This document shows, one piece after another, positions 15,874-25,401 of a stretch of DNA of 40,812 nt. The position numbers and the translations under genes are program-made. Source of the DNA: a virus (taxonomy: Duplodnaviria > Caudoviricetes); the IMG/VR virus record IMGVR_UViG_3300009193_000003, positions 1 to 40,812 of that record; one strand, 5' to 3'. The first letter of the stretch is position 1. The number at the start of each line of letters is the position of its first letter. Under the pieces are notes generated by a model, which did not search any database, was not told where the DNA came from, and saw only the letters and a program-made list of their open reading frames with translations.

Positions 15874-18623
15874 TAACTTGCTCCACCTGTTCTAATTAAT
15901 TCATTTTGCGCGTTTGTTATATTCAATACCACGTCGTCATCACCGCCATTAAATAGCACTAAAGCGGCATCCTTTACAGCTTCAGAAAATGCAGAGCCAT
16001 CTGTTCTTATATCGACAGTTCTTGTCTTTACTGGTGCAGCATCAGCTTGCACAGGTTGACTATAACTCCCTGTACCTTGCTCTGTCGCACCTAGAGAGCC
16101 AGAACCACCACTAAAAACACTTGCTGCCTGCCCTAAACCAGTAGCAACAATAAGCCCTGCATTAACAGCGCCTAAAACTTTTACCTTAGCCGCAGCTGCC
16201 GTACCCCTTGCAAATGAAGTTGGATCGCCAGGTACTTGTTGTGCGGCAAATGCAAGCGTAGCCCCTGAAGCTGTTGCAACTGCGTTAGCAGAGAGCGCCA
16301 TTGCTTTAGATATTATTATGCCTGCAATGGCCGCTGCCTTATTTTCTCTTCCTAAAACTTGTAGTAGCCCTATCGCGTTATTAGTAACGTTTGCTCTCAT
16401 TTGATTTTCTGCGTTTGCTGCGTCTTGCTCAATTTGAAGCCTATCATCCGTAGATGTCTGTTTAATACCAGTAAGCGCATCCTCAAACGCTTGTTGTCTC
16501 AATAGTGCTGCTTCATCAAACTGAGTCATTAGCGCAACTCTTGCCTCTTTATCTATTGTTAGTTTTGCTAGTTCATTCTCAAAAGCAGTTGCTCTTCTTA
16601 ACTCGTCAGCTATGTAAGCAGCACTTAAATCAGCATCACGTTGAGACAAATAACCTTGCTCTACTTGCTGCCTTAATGCCAGTTCAATTTGCAATGCCTC
16701 TGTTTCTTGCGCTAGGTTTATTGAGTATTGGCTTTGTTTGGTGCTAGTTGGCGCAGTGGGCTGTTCATTGTTAATATTGCCACGGTTAGTTCCGTTTGAT
16801 AAATCTGGAGCGCCAATAATTATACCTTGCTTTTGTGATAGCAACTCTAACTCATCGTTAATCCCTTTAACCTTAGATCTTGCATCTTCAGCGACCTTTG
16901 CCAATAGCGAAAATCCACTGCCATTAGATGCCGCAAGTATAGCTCTCTCATCAGCCTTATCAGCCGCCTTAGTTGCTATCGTTAATTCATCCCTTAACTC
17001 TTTCATTTGTTTATTGATATTTGCTAATGACGCACCTTTAGCGCCTCGAGACATTTTTTCTATTGATGCGGAGAATGCGTCCATCTCTGGAGTTGCTGTG
17101 CTAACCTTTCCATTTAAGTCGGTGACAGAATCGCCAAAAGTATAAAGCGCTGTTGCGGCTATTAATGCTATACCTAGTGGTCCACCTAAAAAAGCAATCG
17201 ATGTTGCCAATGCTCTTGATGCTGCTGTTGCTATTACCGCTGTCCTTGTTAGTGCTGTATTTGCCGCAGCTAAAACTCCGGTTGCTACTGCTTCTTTTGT
17301 TTTTGCCGCTGCGTGCGCATTTGTAGCTATTGTAGATGCTGCTTTTTGAGCCGTAAGTCTTGCTGATATTGCAGATAACTCTATTTCTGCCGCTATAATT
17401 GCTTTTGATGATGCTACAGATGCTGCATTAGCCACTACTACCCTTTCTTCAGCGGCTAACCTTAAGCCTGAGCTAAAGGCGGCCGATTGCGCCCTAGCTG
17501 CGTTTGACTTTAATTCTTCAAGGTTCGCTAGTGTCACTGCGTTTATAGCCCTTGCCCTTATAACTTCTTGTAGAGCTAAATCTTTTGATACTATTATTGA
17601 CTGTAATAGCACTCTGTTTTTTGTTACGGATTCCGCTGTCAGCGCTCTATCTGCAACAACCTGTTGTAGCGTTTCTTTTGATTGCTTGGCTTTAGCTATA
17701 GCGTCTGCGTTAAATGCCAATGCGCTAGATGCTGCCGCCTTTGTTGATAGCAATATAGAAGGTATTAGTTTAGCTGCAAATACAGATGCTAAAACTGCTG
17801 CACCATTGGCTATGTTTTCGATATTTTTACTTGCTGTTACTATTGCGCCACCTAAGCCGCCCATCACATTTTGAACTGTTGTTGAGCTGCCGATAAACTC
17901 AGTTAAGTTGTTATTGGCAACCTCGATATTTTGCGCCATTGTAGCTGTTGAATCATTAAATTTAGTATCAATAACTTCAGCCGCTTCACCCAATGCGTTA
18001 ACTAATATTTTCGCGGTTATCCCACCAGTGGCAGCAAGATCTCGCAATTCGCCTTGCGTGAGTTTTAAAGAGCGCTGTAATGCTCGCATTATTTCAGGCG
18101 CATTCTCTGCTATGGAATTAAACTCATCACCGCGCAAAACACCTGCCGCGAAAGCCTGCCCTAGTTGGCGTATAGAACCTGCCGACTCAGCAGCGCTCTT
18201 GCCAGAAACTAAAAATGATTTAGTTATGGTTTCGGTTAATCTTAATTGCTCTTCAGTAGATAAATTAAGGTTTTCAGTTGATAAGACTAATTGTGTGTAT
18301 AATTCAGAAGTGCTTGTAATCCCAGCACGCGAACGGTTAGAAATATCTAATAAGTCTTTTGTGCGCTCAGTTAACTCTTCAGTTGACTTGGTAGTTTGTC
18401 TAACTTGGTTCTGTAATGACGTATACGCATCAGCATATTTAGTTATTTGACCAGTTACTATCGCAGTACCAACGGCAGCAGCAACTTTTGACAGTACACC
18501 GAAAGAATTGGATGTTTTATCTACCGTAGTGCCTAGCCCTTTCATTTTTCCATCAAGCTTATCAGCGCTAGTTTCAGCGCTCTTAGTTCGAAGCTTAATA
18601 TCTATGTACTTAGTAGTCGCCAT
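15873..18623 (-). CDS. Tape measure protein
   Basis: 916 aa, Ala-rich; QLGQAFAAGVLRGDEFNSIAENAP tape-measure motif. Confidence 0.95.
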   Translation of the reverse strand: MATTKYIDIKLRTKSAETSADKLDGKMKGLGTTVDKTSNSFGVLSKVAAAVGTAIVTGQITKYADAYTSLQNQVRQTTKSTEELTERTKDLLDISNRSRAGITSTSELYTQLVLSTENLNLSTEEQLRLTETITKSFLVSGKSAAESAGSIRQLGQAFAAGVLRGDEFNSIAENAPEIMRALQRSLKLTQGELRDLAATGGITAKILVNALGEAAEVIDTKFNDSTATMAQNIEVANNNLTEFIGSSTTVQNVMGGLGGAIVTASKNIENIANGAAVLASVFAAKLIPSILLSTKAAASSALAFNADAIAKAKQSKETLQQVVADRALTAESVTKNRVLLQSIIVSKDLALQEVIRARAINAVTLANLEELKSNAARAQSAAFSSGLRLAAEERVVVANAASVASSKAIIAAEIELSAISARLTAQKAASTIATNAHAAAKTKEAVATGVLAAANTALTRTAVIATAASRALATSIAFLGGPLGIALIAATALYTFGDSVTDLNGKVSTATPEMDAFSASIEKMSRGAKGASLANINKQMKELRDELTIATKAADKADERAILAASNGSGFSLLAKVAEDARSKVKGINDELELLSQKQGIIIGAPDLSNGTNRGNINNEQPTAPTSTKQSQYSINLAQETEALQIELALRQQVEQGYLSQRDADLSAAYIADELRRATAFENELAKLTIDKEARVALMTQFDEAALLRQQAFEDALTGIKQTSTDDRLQIEQDAANAENQMRANVTNNAIGLLQVLGRENKAAAIAGIIISKAMALSANAVATASGATLAFAAQQVPGDPTSFARGTAAAAKVKVLGAVNAGLIVATGLGQAASVFSGGSGSLGATEQGTGSYSQPVQADAAPVKTRTVDIRTDGSAFSEAVKDAALVLFNGGDDDVVLNITNAQNELIRTGGAS

Positions 18624-18625
18624 TA

Positions 18626-19413
18626 CTAGCCCTTATGTGTTTTGCGTATCTCAGCGTGTTTCTTTTGTATGTAATCGCTATCTAATGACAATATAGCGCT
18701 AGTAAAAATATCTTCAGCATAACCATGACAGCCGTACTTGTTAATGAAGTAATCAATATCTCGCTCTGATATGCCGAGCGGCGAGCCTTGACTGTATTCT
18801 CTTTCGTTGCTAACGCGAATAAATGAGTTATGCAAGTTACGTTGCTTTTCAGTTAAAATAGGCTTTAACTCGTTAAACTCTTCTATTGTACCGCTTTGCA
18901 GGTAAAGCTGTCTTATCGCCTCTTCATCTGCACCGTAGCCAATTTCATCACGATAGCTTATTTCTTTTTTATTGCTTCTAAATCCTTTTCTAACTCATCA
19001 TGTAAATAGTTATTATAATCTGCTGCATGTTGTAATAATAAAAGATTAAGGCTGTTATAAAACGCAGGATTAAGAAATATAGCTCTTGCATTTTCCTTTG
19101 AATATTCTAATTCTCCGCGTCTGATCTCGATTGTACGAATTAACTCTCCGTTTTTTTTGTATTCAACTCTATCTCCTTCATCTAGCACACCACCCCAACC
19201 AGTTACACCGAATTCAGCAAGCCAATGCGCCATGATTAAATTCATATCAACATCACGCGCTGCAAAGTCATATAATCGAGATTTAATCTCTTGTACTTCC
19301 TTGTTAAACGATGGCGTGCCAGAGCGCCTAACGTCAAAATGCCCATCATATAAGTAGCACGGAGAGCCTTTTTCTTGCTTTTCTAAATCTTCTTCGTATT
19401 GTGATAATTTCAT
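18626..19413 (-). CDS. Tail assembly chaperone gpG/gpGT pair with -1 frameshift (G ends at 18958, GT at 18626)
   Basis: A AAA AAG at 18970-18964 just before the G stop; -1 frame open (EISYRDEIGYGADEE...) into the 18626..18835 ORF; lies between tail tube and tape measure. Confidence 0.85.
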
Positions 19414-19445
19414 TTTAAACCCTGTCAAAGTTAGTCAAAAAATAA

Positions 19446-19495
19446 CCGTAGCAGCGAGGTGACAAGCTCGTTTTCGGTAATGAACCTAGCTACGG
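19446..19495 (-). promoter_or_regulatory. Branched hairpin plus U-tract (terminator/attenuator) upstream of the tail chaperone
   Basis: CCGTAGC/GCTACGG outer stem, inner CGAG/CTCG hairpin, followed by TTATTTTTT on the minus strand. Confidence 0.6.
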
Positions 19496-19502
19496 GTAAC
19501 TG

Positions 19503-20663
19503 TTAAAAGCTAGAGAAAATTTGGAATGTTTTTCCTGTTTCGTCTGCGCCTGATGCTGAGTATTCCATCGAGTTAGCAACGACGATATCACCGTCAGTAA
19601 ATTCATGGTTAGATATTAAAGCGTTGGTTACTTCCATGATCGCCCATTCATCGCCCCATTTGAATTCAATAGCTAATGCTTGCACAGTGCCGTTTCGGTT
19701 TTTATCGCGCCAGATTGATGAGTTGGCTTTTACTGTACGGGCAGTTATTGAACCTGAAACTGTAATCGCACCGCGACCAAACTTTTCATCGATACAGCCT
19801 GCCGCGCCACCATCGCCCTCATAGTTGTTATTAAACTCAATCGACATAGTTTGAATGTTGCATTTAGAGTTAATGCCATTCTCGTAAAACGCACCGATAT
19901 TATTTACAGCACTAACTACTGGAGAGTCATCTTTAGCTAAATCAGTTTGCCCTGCAATAGCAGCAGTACCAGCTAGAGGTGTTGGGATCTTAAACTCCAT
20001 TGAACCCGTTACGATACCAGACTTATCAACAGTCAAAGAGCCTACACTAGCAAAGCAATCAAGGTAAGTTTCAAAATTCACATTGCCAGTTTTTGATAAA
20101 TCAGTAATACGGTTTTGAATTGTGCGCAAAGTTTTAGTTTGATCTGATGAAGCTTTTAAACTTGTTAATACTACAGATGCGCCTGCACTTTCAGTTGTTG
20201 CAGGTGCTTCAGTAGTCGTTAACGTTGTAGATGTTTTAGAAGCTAATTTGTAACGAATATTAAGCGATGAATCAGCGAATCCACTCATGCCAAACCAGTC
20301 ACCAACAGATAATTTTGTCGCTGTTGCAGTCGGCACTGTGAAGCCCGTAACTGTGGCAGCAACTGCAGTCGAAGCAACAGACGAGTTGTCAGATTGAGTG
20401 CCGTGAATTACTTCATTGAATAAAGAAATGGTTTCTTTTGTAACATCGAATTCACGAGTTAATGTTGATTCACGACGATCTTGTACTTGCTGTGCTGCCT
20501 GACCATCTGTAACAATCTCGTTAGAAGTCACATAAGTAGGAGTTGATTGCACGATGCCAGAAGTACCGCGAATAATTTTAAAGGCCGGAGTAGCGTTAAC
20601 CGTACCCTCAACCGCTTGTGCTGCAATATGGACGGATAAGTCCGATCTTTCTAAACTAGCCAT
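19503..20663 (-). CDS. Major tail (tube) protein
   Basis: 386 aa; synteny; SNEI..DGQ...; MSIEFNNN; G.ITVSGSIT. Confidence 0.85.
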   Translation of the reverse strand: MASLERSDLSVHIAAQAVEGTVNATPAFKIIRGTSGIVQSTPTYVTSNEIVTDGQAAQQVQDRRESTLTREFDVTKETISLFNEVIHGTQSDNSSVASTAVAATVTGFTVPTATATKLSVGDWFGMSGFADSSLNIRYKLASKTSTTLTTTEAPATTESAGASVVLTSLKASSDQTKTLRTIQNRITDLSKTGNVNFETYLDCFASVGSLTVDKSGIVTGSMEFKIPTPLAGTAAIAGQTDLAKDDSPVVSAVNNIGAFYENGINSKCNIQTMSIEFNNNYEGDGGAAGCIDEKFGRGAITVSGSITARTVKANSSIWRDKNRNGTVQALAIEFKWGDEWAIMEVTNALISNHEFTDGDIVVANSMEYSASGADETGKTFQIFSSF

Positions 20664-20703
20664 TTTATATACCTTTTAAGTTGTGGTTTATTTTAATGTG
20701 AGG

Positions 20704-21114
20704 CTATTGCCCCTCCATGTAAAATTCTATTGATGATTGTATTTGATACCAATTCCCAGTATCACCAACCGTTAAAGTTGAGACTGTTTGGCACTGTGTA
20801 TTGTTAAAAGTTTGATTTTCGAATAATGTTTTTATAGCTTGGTGATCGACTAATTGCGCATTGTCATAACTGCCTTTAGGATAAAAGCTATCAACAACAA
20901 ATAAGCCGTTAGTTATCTTAAAGCAGCCTGTAGCAGCATCGCTAACAGTGTTAAATGGAATTACTGTAGCTCTTAACCATTTCTTATTACTAGGTGTTGT
21001 AAATGGCGAATTAGGCGTGTTAGCTGTTGCCTTAGTGTAACCACTAGGCAAGTTATCAAGCAATCGCTTAACCAAATCAGCTTGTGTTAATGCTATATTA
21101 TCTGCCACTTGCAT
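20704..21114 (-). CDS. Tail terminator protein
   Basis: PNSPFTTP...WLRATV...GLFVVDSFYPKG; synteny. Confidence 0.75.
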   Translation of the reverse strand: MQVADNIALTQADLVKRLLDNLPSGYTKATANTPNSPFTTPSNKKWLRATVIPFNTVSDAATGCFKITNGLFVVDSFYPKGSYDNAQLVDHQAIKTLFENQTFNNTQCQTVSTLTVGDTGNWYQIQSSIEFYMEGQ

Positions 21115-21472
21115 TCACCACTCTGTCAATCTCATTCTCTACGAATTTCTTAGGCGCTTGCGTGCTGTAACCGTCATTAAGTCGCTCGATGTACGCTAAA
21201 TTTGAACTAATTACAATCTCCGGATATTCGATAGACTTTGCCGAGTTAATGACATTTACACCTTCAATAACCGCGCTTGTTGCCTTGCGATTATTATCAA
21301 TTGCACGAACTGGCCCACTAATCCCAACAAACCAGTTGCCACGCGCTCGACCAGTATCGACAGGAGTTACGCGAGTCAAGCCGTTAAGCAAATTGATACC
21401 TAACGCTCTAGCTTCTTTGTTAATCTCGTCAGCGATATAATCACCGACTTGTAAAGACTTAGCGAATGACAT
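21098..21472 (-). CDS. HK97 gp10-like neck/tail completion protein
   Basis: TPVDTGRARGNW...NLAYIERLNDGYSTQAP. Confidence 0.85.
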   Translation of the reverse strand: MSFAKSLQVGDYIADEINKEARALGINLLNGLTRVTPVDTGRARGNWFVGISGPVRAIDNNRKATSAVIEGVNVINSAKSIEYPEIVISSNLAYIERLNDGYSTQAPKKFVENEIDRVVNASGR

Positions 21473-21825
21473 TATTTATTTCTCGCTTGTATAGTGTAAG
21501 TTGCGCTGGCTGCATCTTCGGTTACTCTAATTATTGATACTGGCACACCGTTAAAGGTCATTACCGTGTTATCTGCTCGAACATCTACAGACAATCCTTG
21601 TTTGACCATTTTGATTTTATAGTCACCAACTTGGATTGAGTCGCCTATATCGCCTTTACTGTATTCAATGCGAATGCCTTTTGTTACATCTGATTTTACC
21701 ACAATATTCGATTGTGTGGCATAGTCTGATTCAACTTGCTGCAACAGAACTTCATCACGAAAATCAGCAAAGGTTTTATTGATTAGTTTATCAGCTAAAG
21801 TTTGAAAGCTTGCACGTGTAGCCAT
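21472..21825 (-). CDS. Head closure protein (putative)
   Basis: 117 aa; IQVGDYK; synteny. Confidence 0.65.
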   Translation of the reverse strand: MATRASFQTLADKLINKTFADFRDEVLLQQVESDYATQSNIVVKSDVTKGIRIEYSKGDIGDSIQVGDYKIKMVKQGLSVDVRADNTVMTFNGVPVSIIRVTEDAASATYTIQARNK

Positions 21826-22622
21826 TACACTCTCACTGTTCTATTATCGTTGCCGTTATACTTCATTAGCGGCTTTAAAAATACGTCAGCGGTATCAGTG
21901 CGAATCATTGCGCTAGAACCGCCGGCAAAGTAATCAACTTGCAGCTCACCTAGTTTTTCACTAGCTATATTTTGAGTTTGACCGCTTACAAATAATTCAG
22001 AGTTTGCAGCCTGGAGAGCAAGTTCCATCTGTGCTTTTTTCACGTTTTTATGAATCTTATCAGTACCAACTAATGAATTGTAAACCGACAATCCTCGCCT
22101 TGGAAATGACAATTCTTGCTCACCCTTAACACGACAGCCTTTATACTTACCTTCTTTAGCTGTGATGTACTTCATTGCGATAATTAAAAGTGCCTCCCTA
22201 TCTGGCTGTGTAGCCGGTACGCTTGAACCCTCGATATTCGCATAAGCTTTAAACTCTTCATCAGTAACAAACGAATTGGCATTCTCGACAATCGAACCAT
22301 CTTCGATAATTAACTGAGTACCAATAGCGACAACGATTTTCCCTAAGTTTCCTAGCTCCATTGATGTAATATCAGTGCCGTTAACGCTCAAGGCATCGAA
22401 GCGCTTAATAGTAACGAATACTTTACCGACTTCGCTTGTGCCTGATAAGTTTAATGATAGCTGCTCATCACTATCAACAATAACGACAGTCGGGTCTAAT
22501 AATTTAGTGTAAACCTCGTCACCGAAGTAAACTTTAATATCTGTAGCGGTAGAAAGAAATGCACCACCGAATGTTAAAACGACTAGATTATCTGAGTTTG
22601 ATATAGCTAGATTTTGCGCCAT
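21825..22622 (-). CDS. Head-tail adaptor (DnaT-like family) with an extra N-terminal domain
   Basis: Internal LIIEDGSIVENANSFVT...QELSFPR...VKKAQMELAL...SEKLGELQVDY. Confidence 0.75.
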   Translation of the reverse strand: MAQNLAISNSDNLVVLTFGGAFLSTATDIKVYFGDEVYTKLLDPTVVIVDSDEQLSLNLSGTSEVGKVFVTIKRFDALSVNGTDITSMELGNLGKIVVAIGTQLIIEDGSIVENANSFVTDEEFKAYANIEGSSVPATQPDREALLIIAMKYITAKEGKYKGCRVKGEQELSFPRRGLSVYNSLVGTDKIHKNVKKAQMELALQAANSELFVSGQTQNIASEKLGELQVDYFAGGSSAMIRTDTADVFLKPLMKYNGNDNRTVRV

Positions 22623-22693
22623 GATTTAGCCCTGCTTGATTAATAGTCTTATTATAGCATGATGATATTTTATTTAATAATTTTGATAATAGT

Positions 22694-23060
22694 GGTCATT
22701 AGAGGCGTTAGTCATGGATGGTAGACTAAGCCAGCTTGTAGATTAAACAATATATATCAGTATCAACTATCAATTCACAATCCCTGTTGGCTGACCAAAC
22801 CATATAACCATGACAAAACGTTGTTTATCCGCGCCTCTAAACGTCGATATATATTGAGTTATTACATATTTGCTACTTTAAAAACTTAGCTAGTTATGCG
22901 GATTTGTTACGAAAGTCCGAATTAAATCGGTTGAATAGATGGGAATGCTGGCAATAAAAAAGGCTTAGAGCGCGAATCTGGTCGAGTAGGCTAAATAAAT
23001 AACCTCAGAAACGCTTTCTAAACCTTCTTTGTTACGTGGACTCGACTCCAAACAACGAGG
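22694..23060 (-). ncRNA. Large structured non-coding RNA element, copy B
   Basis: Homologue of 2497-2899 with a 30-nt identical core; extended -10 TGATAAAAT at 23063-23071. Confidence 0.75.
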
Positions 23061-23108
23061 TTATTTTATCATTAATAACTATTAAAAGTAAATATAGAAA
23101 TTAAATAG

Positions 23109-23163
23109 CAAATAGTTTGAATTAAGTGTTGTATTCCTCAAATAGTTTGATATAATAGTTTCA
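23109..23163 (+). promoter_or_regulatory. Promoter with repeated operator
   Basis: TTGTAT-16-TATAAT; CAAATAGTTTGA at 23109-23120 and 23139-23150, degenerate copy at 23153-23163. Confidence 0.7.
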
Positions 23164-23202
23164 AGAGTTACGAAACAACCAATCAAAACAAGAGAGAATA
23201 TT

Positions 23203-23403
23203 ATGACTACATTAACAGATACTCAAGAAAGCAAAATATACACAATTAACCAAGAAATTATTGATATCGTAGGTGGTAGCGATAAAGAAGCTTTTAATGA
23301 GTTGATGGCATCAAGAAACCCGTTGAGCGCGATAAAACACGCATACAAAATGACATGTAAAATTCGCAATGTAAAAATCAACAATTACTTTCTGGATCTA
23401 TAA
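23203..23403 (+). CDS. Hypothetical protein (moron island 1)
   Basis: AGAGAG SD; 66 aa. Confidence 0.7.
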   Translation: MTTLTDTQESKIYTINQEIIDIVGGSDKEAFNELMASRNPLSAIKHAYKMTCKIRNVKINNYFLDL

Positions 23404-23591
23404 TGACAGCAAGCAAGCAAGCTAAAGAGTTAGGCTTAAAATCCCTGACTCAAGTTAGTGAGCTAACAGGGCAGAGCTTACAGACTTTAACTAATTGGTA
23501 TAACGATAAGTCAGAGCTATTCGAAGTGGTTTTGTTAGGCTGTGTGGTTAAGCATGATTCAATGGAAAAGCAGATTAAGGAGAGTAAGTGA
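23403..23591 (+). CDS. Small HTH regulator
   Basis: GLKSLTQVSELTGQSLQTLTNWY. Confidence 0.75.
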   Translation: MTASKQAKELGLKSLTQVSELTGQSLQTLTNWYNDKSELFEVVLLGCVVKHDSMEKQIKESK

Positions 23592-23833
23592 TGAGTGAGT
23601 TAAAAACAGTTGGCGCAAGATTGGACGTGGAAATATTTGTACATTGCCCTGAGTGTAATTACATGATCGATCTATTAAACGAAAGAGAGACCAATGGTGT
23701 TATGCACAACGATGATGGTGAGCTTCTTCGTCAAGTATGGCCTAGAAATGGCAGTCATGATGATTTCGAGTGCGAAGAAGTTACCTGTACCGAATGCAAA
23801 ACGGAATTTAACGTGAAAACATTAGAGTGGTAA
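23588..23833 (+). CDS. Zn-ribbon protein
   Basis: CPEC...CTEC. Confidence 0.75.
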   Translation: MMSELKTVGARLDVEIFVHCPECNYMIDLLNERETNGVMHNDDGELLRQVWPRNGSHDDFECEEVTCTECKTEFNVKTLEW

Positions 23834-23859
23834 TGAAGTTTAAAATCAAATGGTAACCA

Positions 23860-24033
23860 ATGCGAAAACTAAGAAACTTTAGATGCAGTAAATCAAACAT
23901 AGTATTCGAGCGCTTTGTTAATGACGATACGGGCGAGTTAGAATGCAAGTGCGGTGCAATAGCTAATCGTACACTTAGCGCACCTAAATGCTTTAGTAAC
24001 ACTACGGGTAAAAGCCCTAGTTGTAAGTCATAG
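23860..24033 (+). CDS. FmdB-like Zn-ribbon protein (57 aa, not in ORF track)
   Basis: MRKLRNFRCSKSNIVFERFV...ECKCGAIANRTLSAP. Confidence 0.6.
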   Translation: MRKLRNFRCSKSNIVFERFVNDDTGELECKCGAIANRTLSAPKCFSNTTGKSPSCKS

Positions 24034-24045
24034 CCCATACGCAAT

Positions 24046-24075
24046 AAAAAACCCACGTTTTACTGTGGGCTTTTC
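24046..24075. terminator. Bidirectional intrinsic terminator
   Basis: AAAAAACCCAC-gttttact-GTGGGCTTTT between convergent genes. Confidence 0.75.
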
Positions 24076-24079
24076 TATT

Positions 24080-24226
24080 TTACTTCTTGGCTACTTCGAC
24101 GCCTTCAAACTCTTTCAAAGCTTTGATTTTGTCTTTATCATCTGTACTGTAAATCCCATCTTTATCGAACTTCACAGTAACACGATCAAAAGTAACCATT
24201 CGTAACGGTTTAGACTCAAAAGTCAT
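24080..24226 (-). CDS. Small protein after the capsid gene (48 aa, not in ORF track)
   Basis: AGGTG SD; MTFESKPLRMVTFDRVTVKFDKDGIYSTDD... Confidence 0.65.
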   Translation of the reverse strand: MTFESKPLRMVTFDRVTVKFDKDGIYSTDDKDKIKALKEFEGVEVAKK

Positions 24227-24233
24227 ATTTCAC

Positions 24234-25385
24234 CTATGCAGTTAAGTTGTGCATTAAGCCCATGTGAGACTTAGATTGACGACACTCGAAAGAGAAGTCA
24301 CCTAAAATACGTACTGACTCACCATCTTGACCTTTAGCTGTTGCATCAATTGTACGCCAATCACCACCATCTGAACCGTTAGCAGCTGCCATTGGTACGA
24401 TTGCCATTTTAGTGCTGTCATACATTAAGATCTCAGTATCAGCAAGGTTACTATCAATAACGATGTTGTTAACGTTACCGATTAGCGGCATATCAGAAGG
24501 TAATTGAAACACCGAGCCTTCATCGCTTGACCAGTCAGATAGACGTTGTGAATCATAGTTAGCCTTAATGATTGCGTGAATATCGCGAGCTTTAGCAACT
24601 GAAACCGCTAACGTGTTAGTGGTACCGCCAGCTAAAACGATTTGCTCGTTCAAGTTGTTGATCAACACTTGAGTCATAGCAGCACCGCCACCATCAAGCT
24701 TGATTGCGCCAGCTTGGTCATTGTAGAACTTCATGCCGCCAGCGTAACTGATTAACGAGTCACCAGTACCTTGAGTAAATCGACGACCACGGATAATCAT
24801 GCGATCCATATTGATTGCTAATTGACGTAATCGCTCAGCTAATTGGAATTGCAAGTCGTTAGTATCACCATACTGCAATGTAGCAAGCGCACGACGAGAC
24901 ATATTGATCGTGGTGTCCATTGTCTGGAAGTAGTTCTCTGTCAACTCTGGCTGATAAAGATTATCTTCAGCAGCTAGTGAGTTTTCAGCGCGACCAACAG
25001 AGTCGATAGTTAGCACAGCACCAGAGGCGGTAGTTTCGGCAGTTGTACCACCAACACCACGAACAACAACAACAGTCGTTGCGTTAGTTACAGATGAAAC
25101 GTACATAACTTCGTTGCCGTTTGCTAGTAACATGCCTGGGCGCAAAACTGAGCTATCAACAACTGTTAGAGTTGTAATTGCCGCGGTATGTGTTGCACCA
25201 GTAGTAACAGCATCAGCGCCTTTATACGCATCAGTCCATGATTGTTTATAACCCTCATACGGACGCTTTGCAGCACCCATCGCGATAGTCGCAAGGATAC
25301 CAGTGCGGTTTTTGCGCGCAATTTCGAAAGCTTCGTTAACCATTTTGTTATTTAACGCAGCAGCTAAATCGTTTGAATTAGACAT
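24234..25385 (-). CDS. Major capsid protein (SU10/DUF5309-like) with an inserted beta domain
   Basis: ENYFQTM..., YAGGMKFY, TAKGQDGESVRILGDFSFE; follows the scaffold gene. Confidence 0.85.
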   Translation of the reverse strand: MSNSNDLAAALNNKMVNEAFEIARKNRTGILATIAMGAAKRPYEGYKQSWTDAYKGADAVTTGATHTAAITTLTVVDSSVLRPGMLLANGNEVMYVSSVTNATTVVVVRGVGGTTAETTASGAVLTIDSVGRAENSLAAEDNLYQPELTENYFQTMDTTINMSRRALATLQYGDTNDLQFQLAERLRQLAINMDRMIIRGRRFTQGTGDSLISYAGGMKFYNDQAGAIKLDGGGAAMTQVLINNLNEQIVLAGGTTNTLAVSVAKARDIHAIIKANYDSQRLSDWSSDEGSVFQLPSDMPLIGNVNNIVIDSNLADTEILMYDSTKMAIVPMAAANGSDGGDWRTIDATAKGQDGESVRILGDFSFECRQSKSHMGLMHNLTA

Positions 25386-25401
25386 TTTTATTTACCTTTG
25401 T

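Noticed and set aside
16505-18696. Plus-strand ORFs inside the tape measure gene, and similar shadow ORFs over portal, terL, tail and ssb
   Set aside because: Antisense shadows of strongly supported genes, with no RBS or motifs
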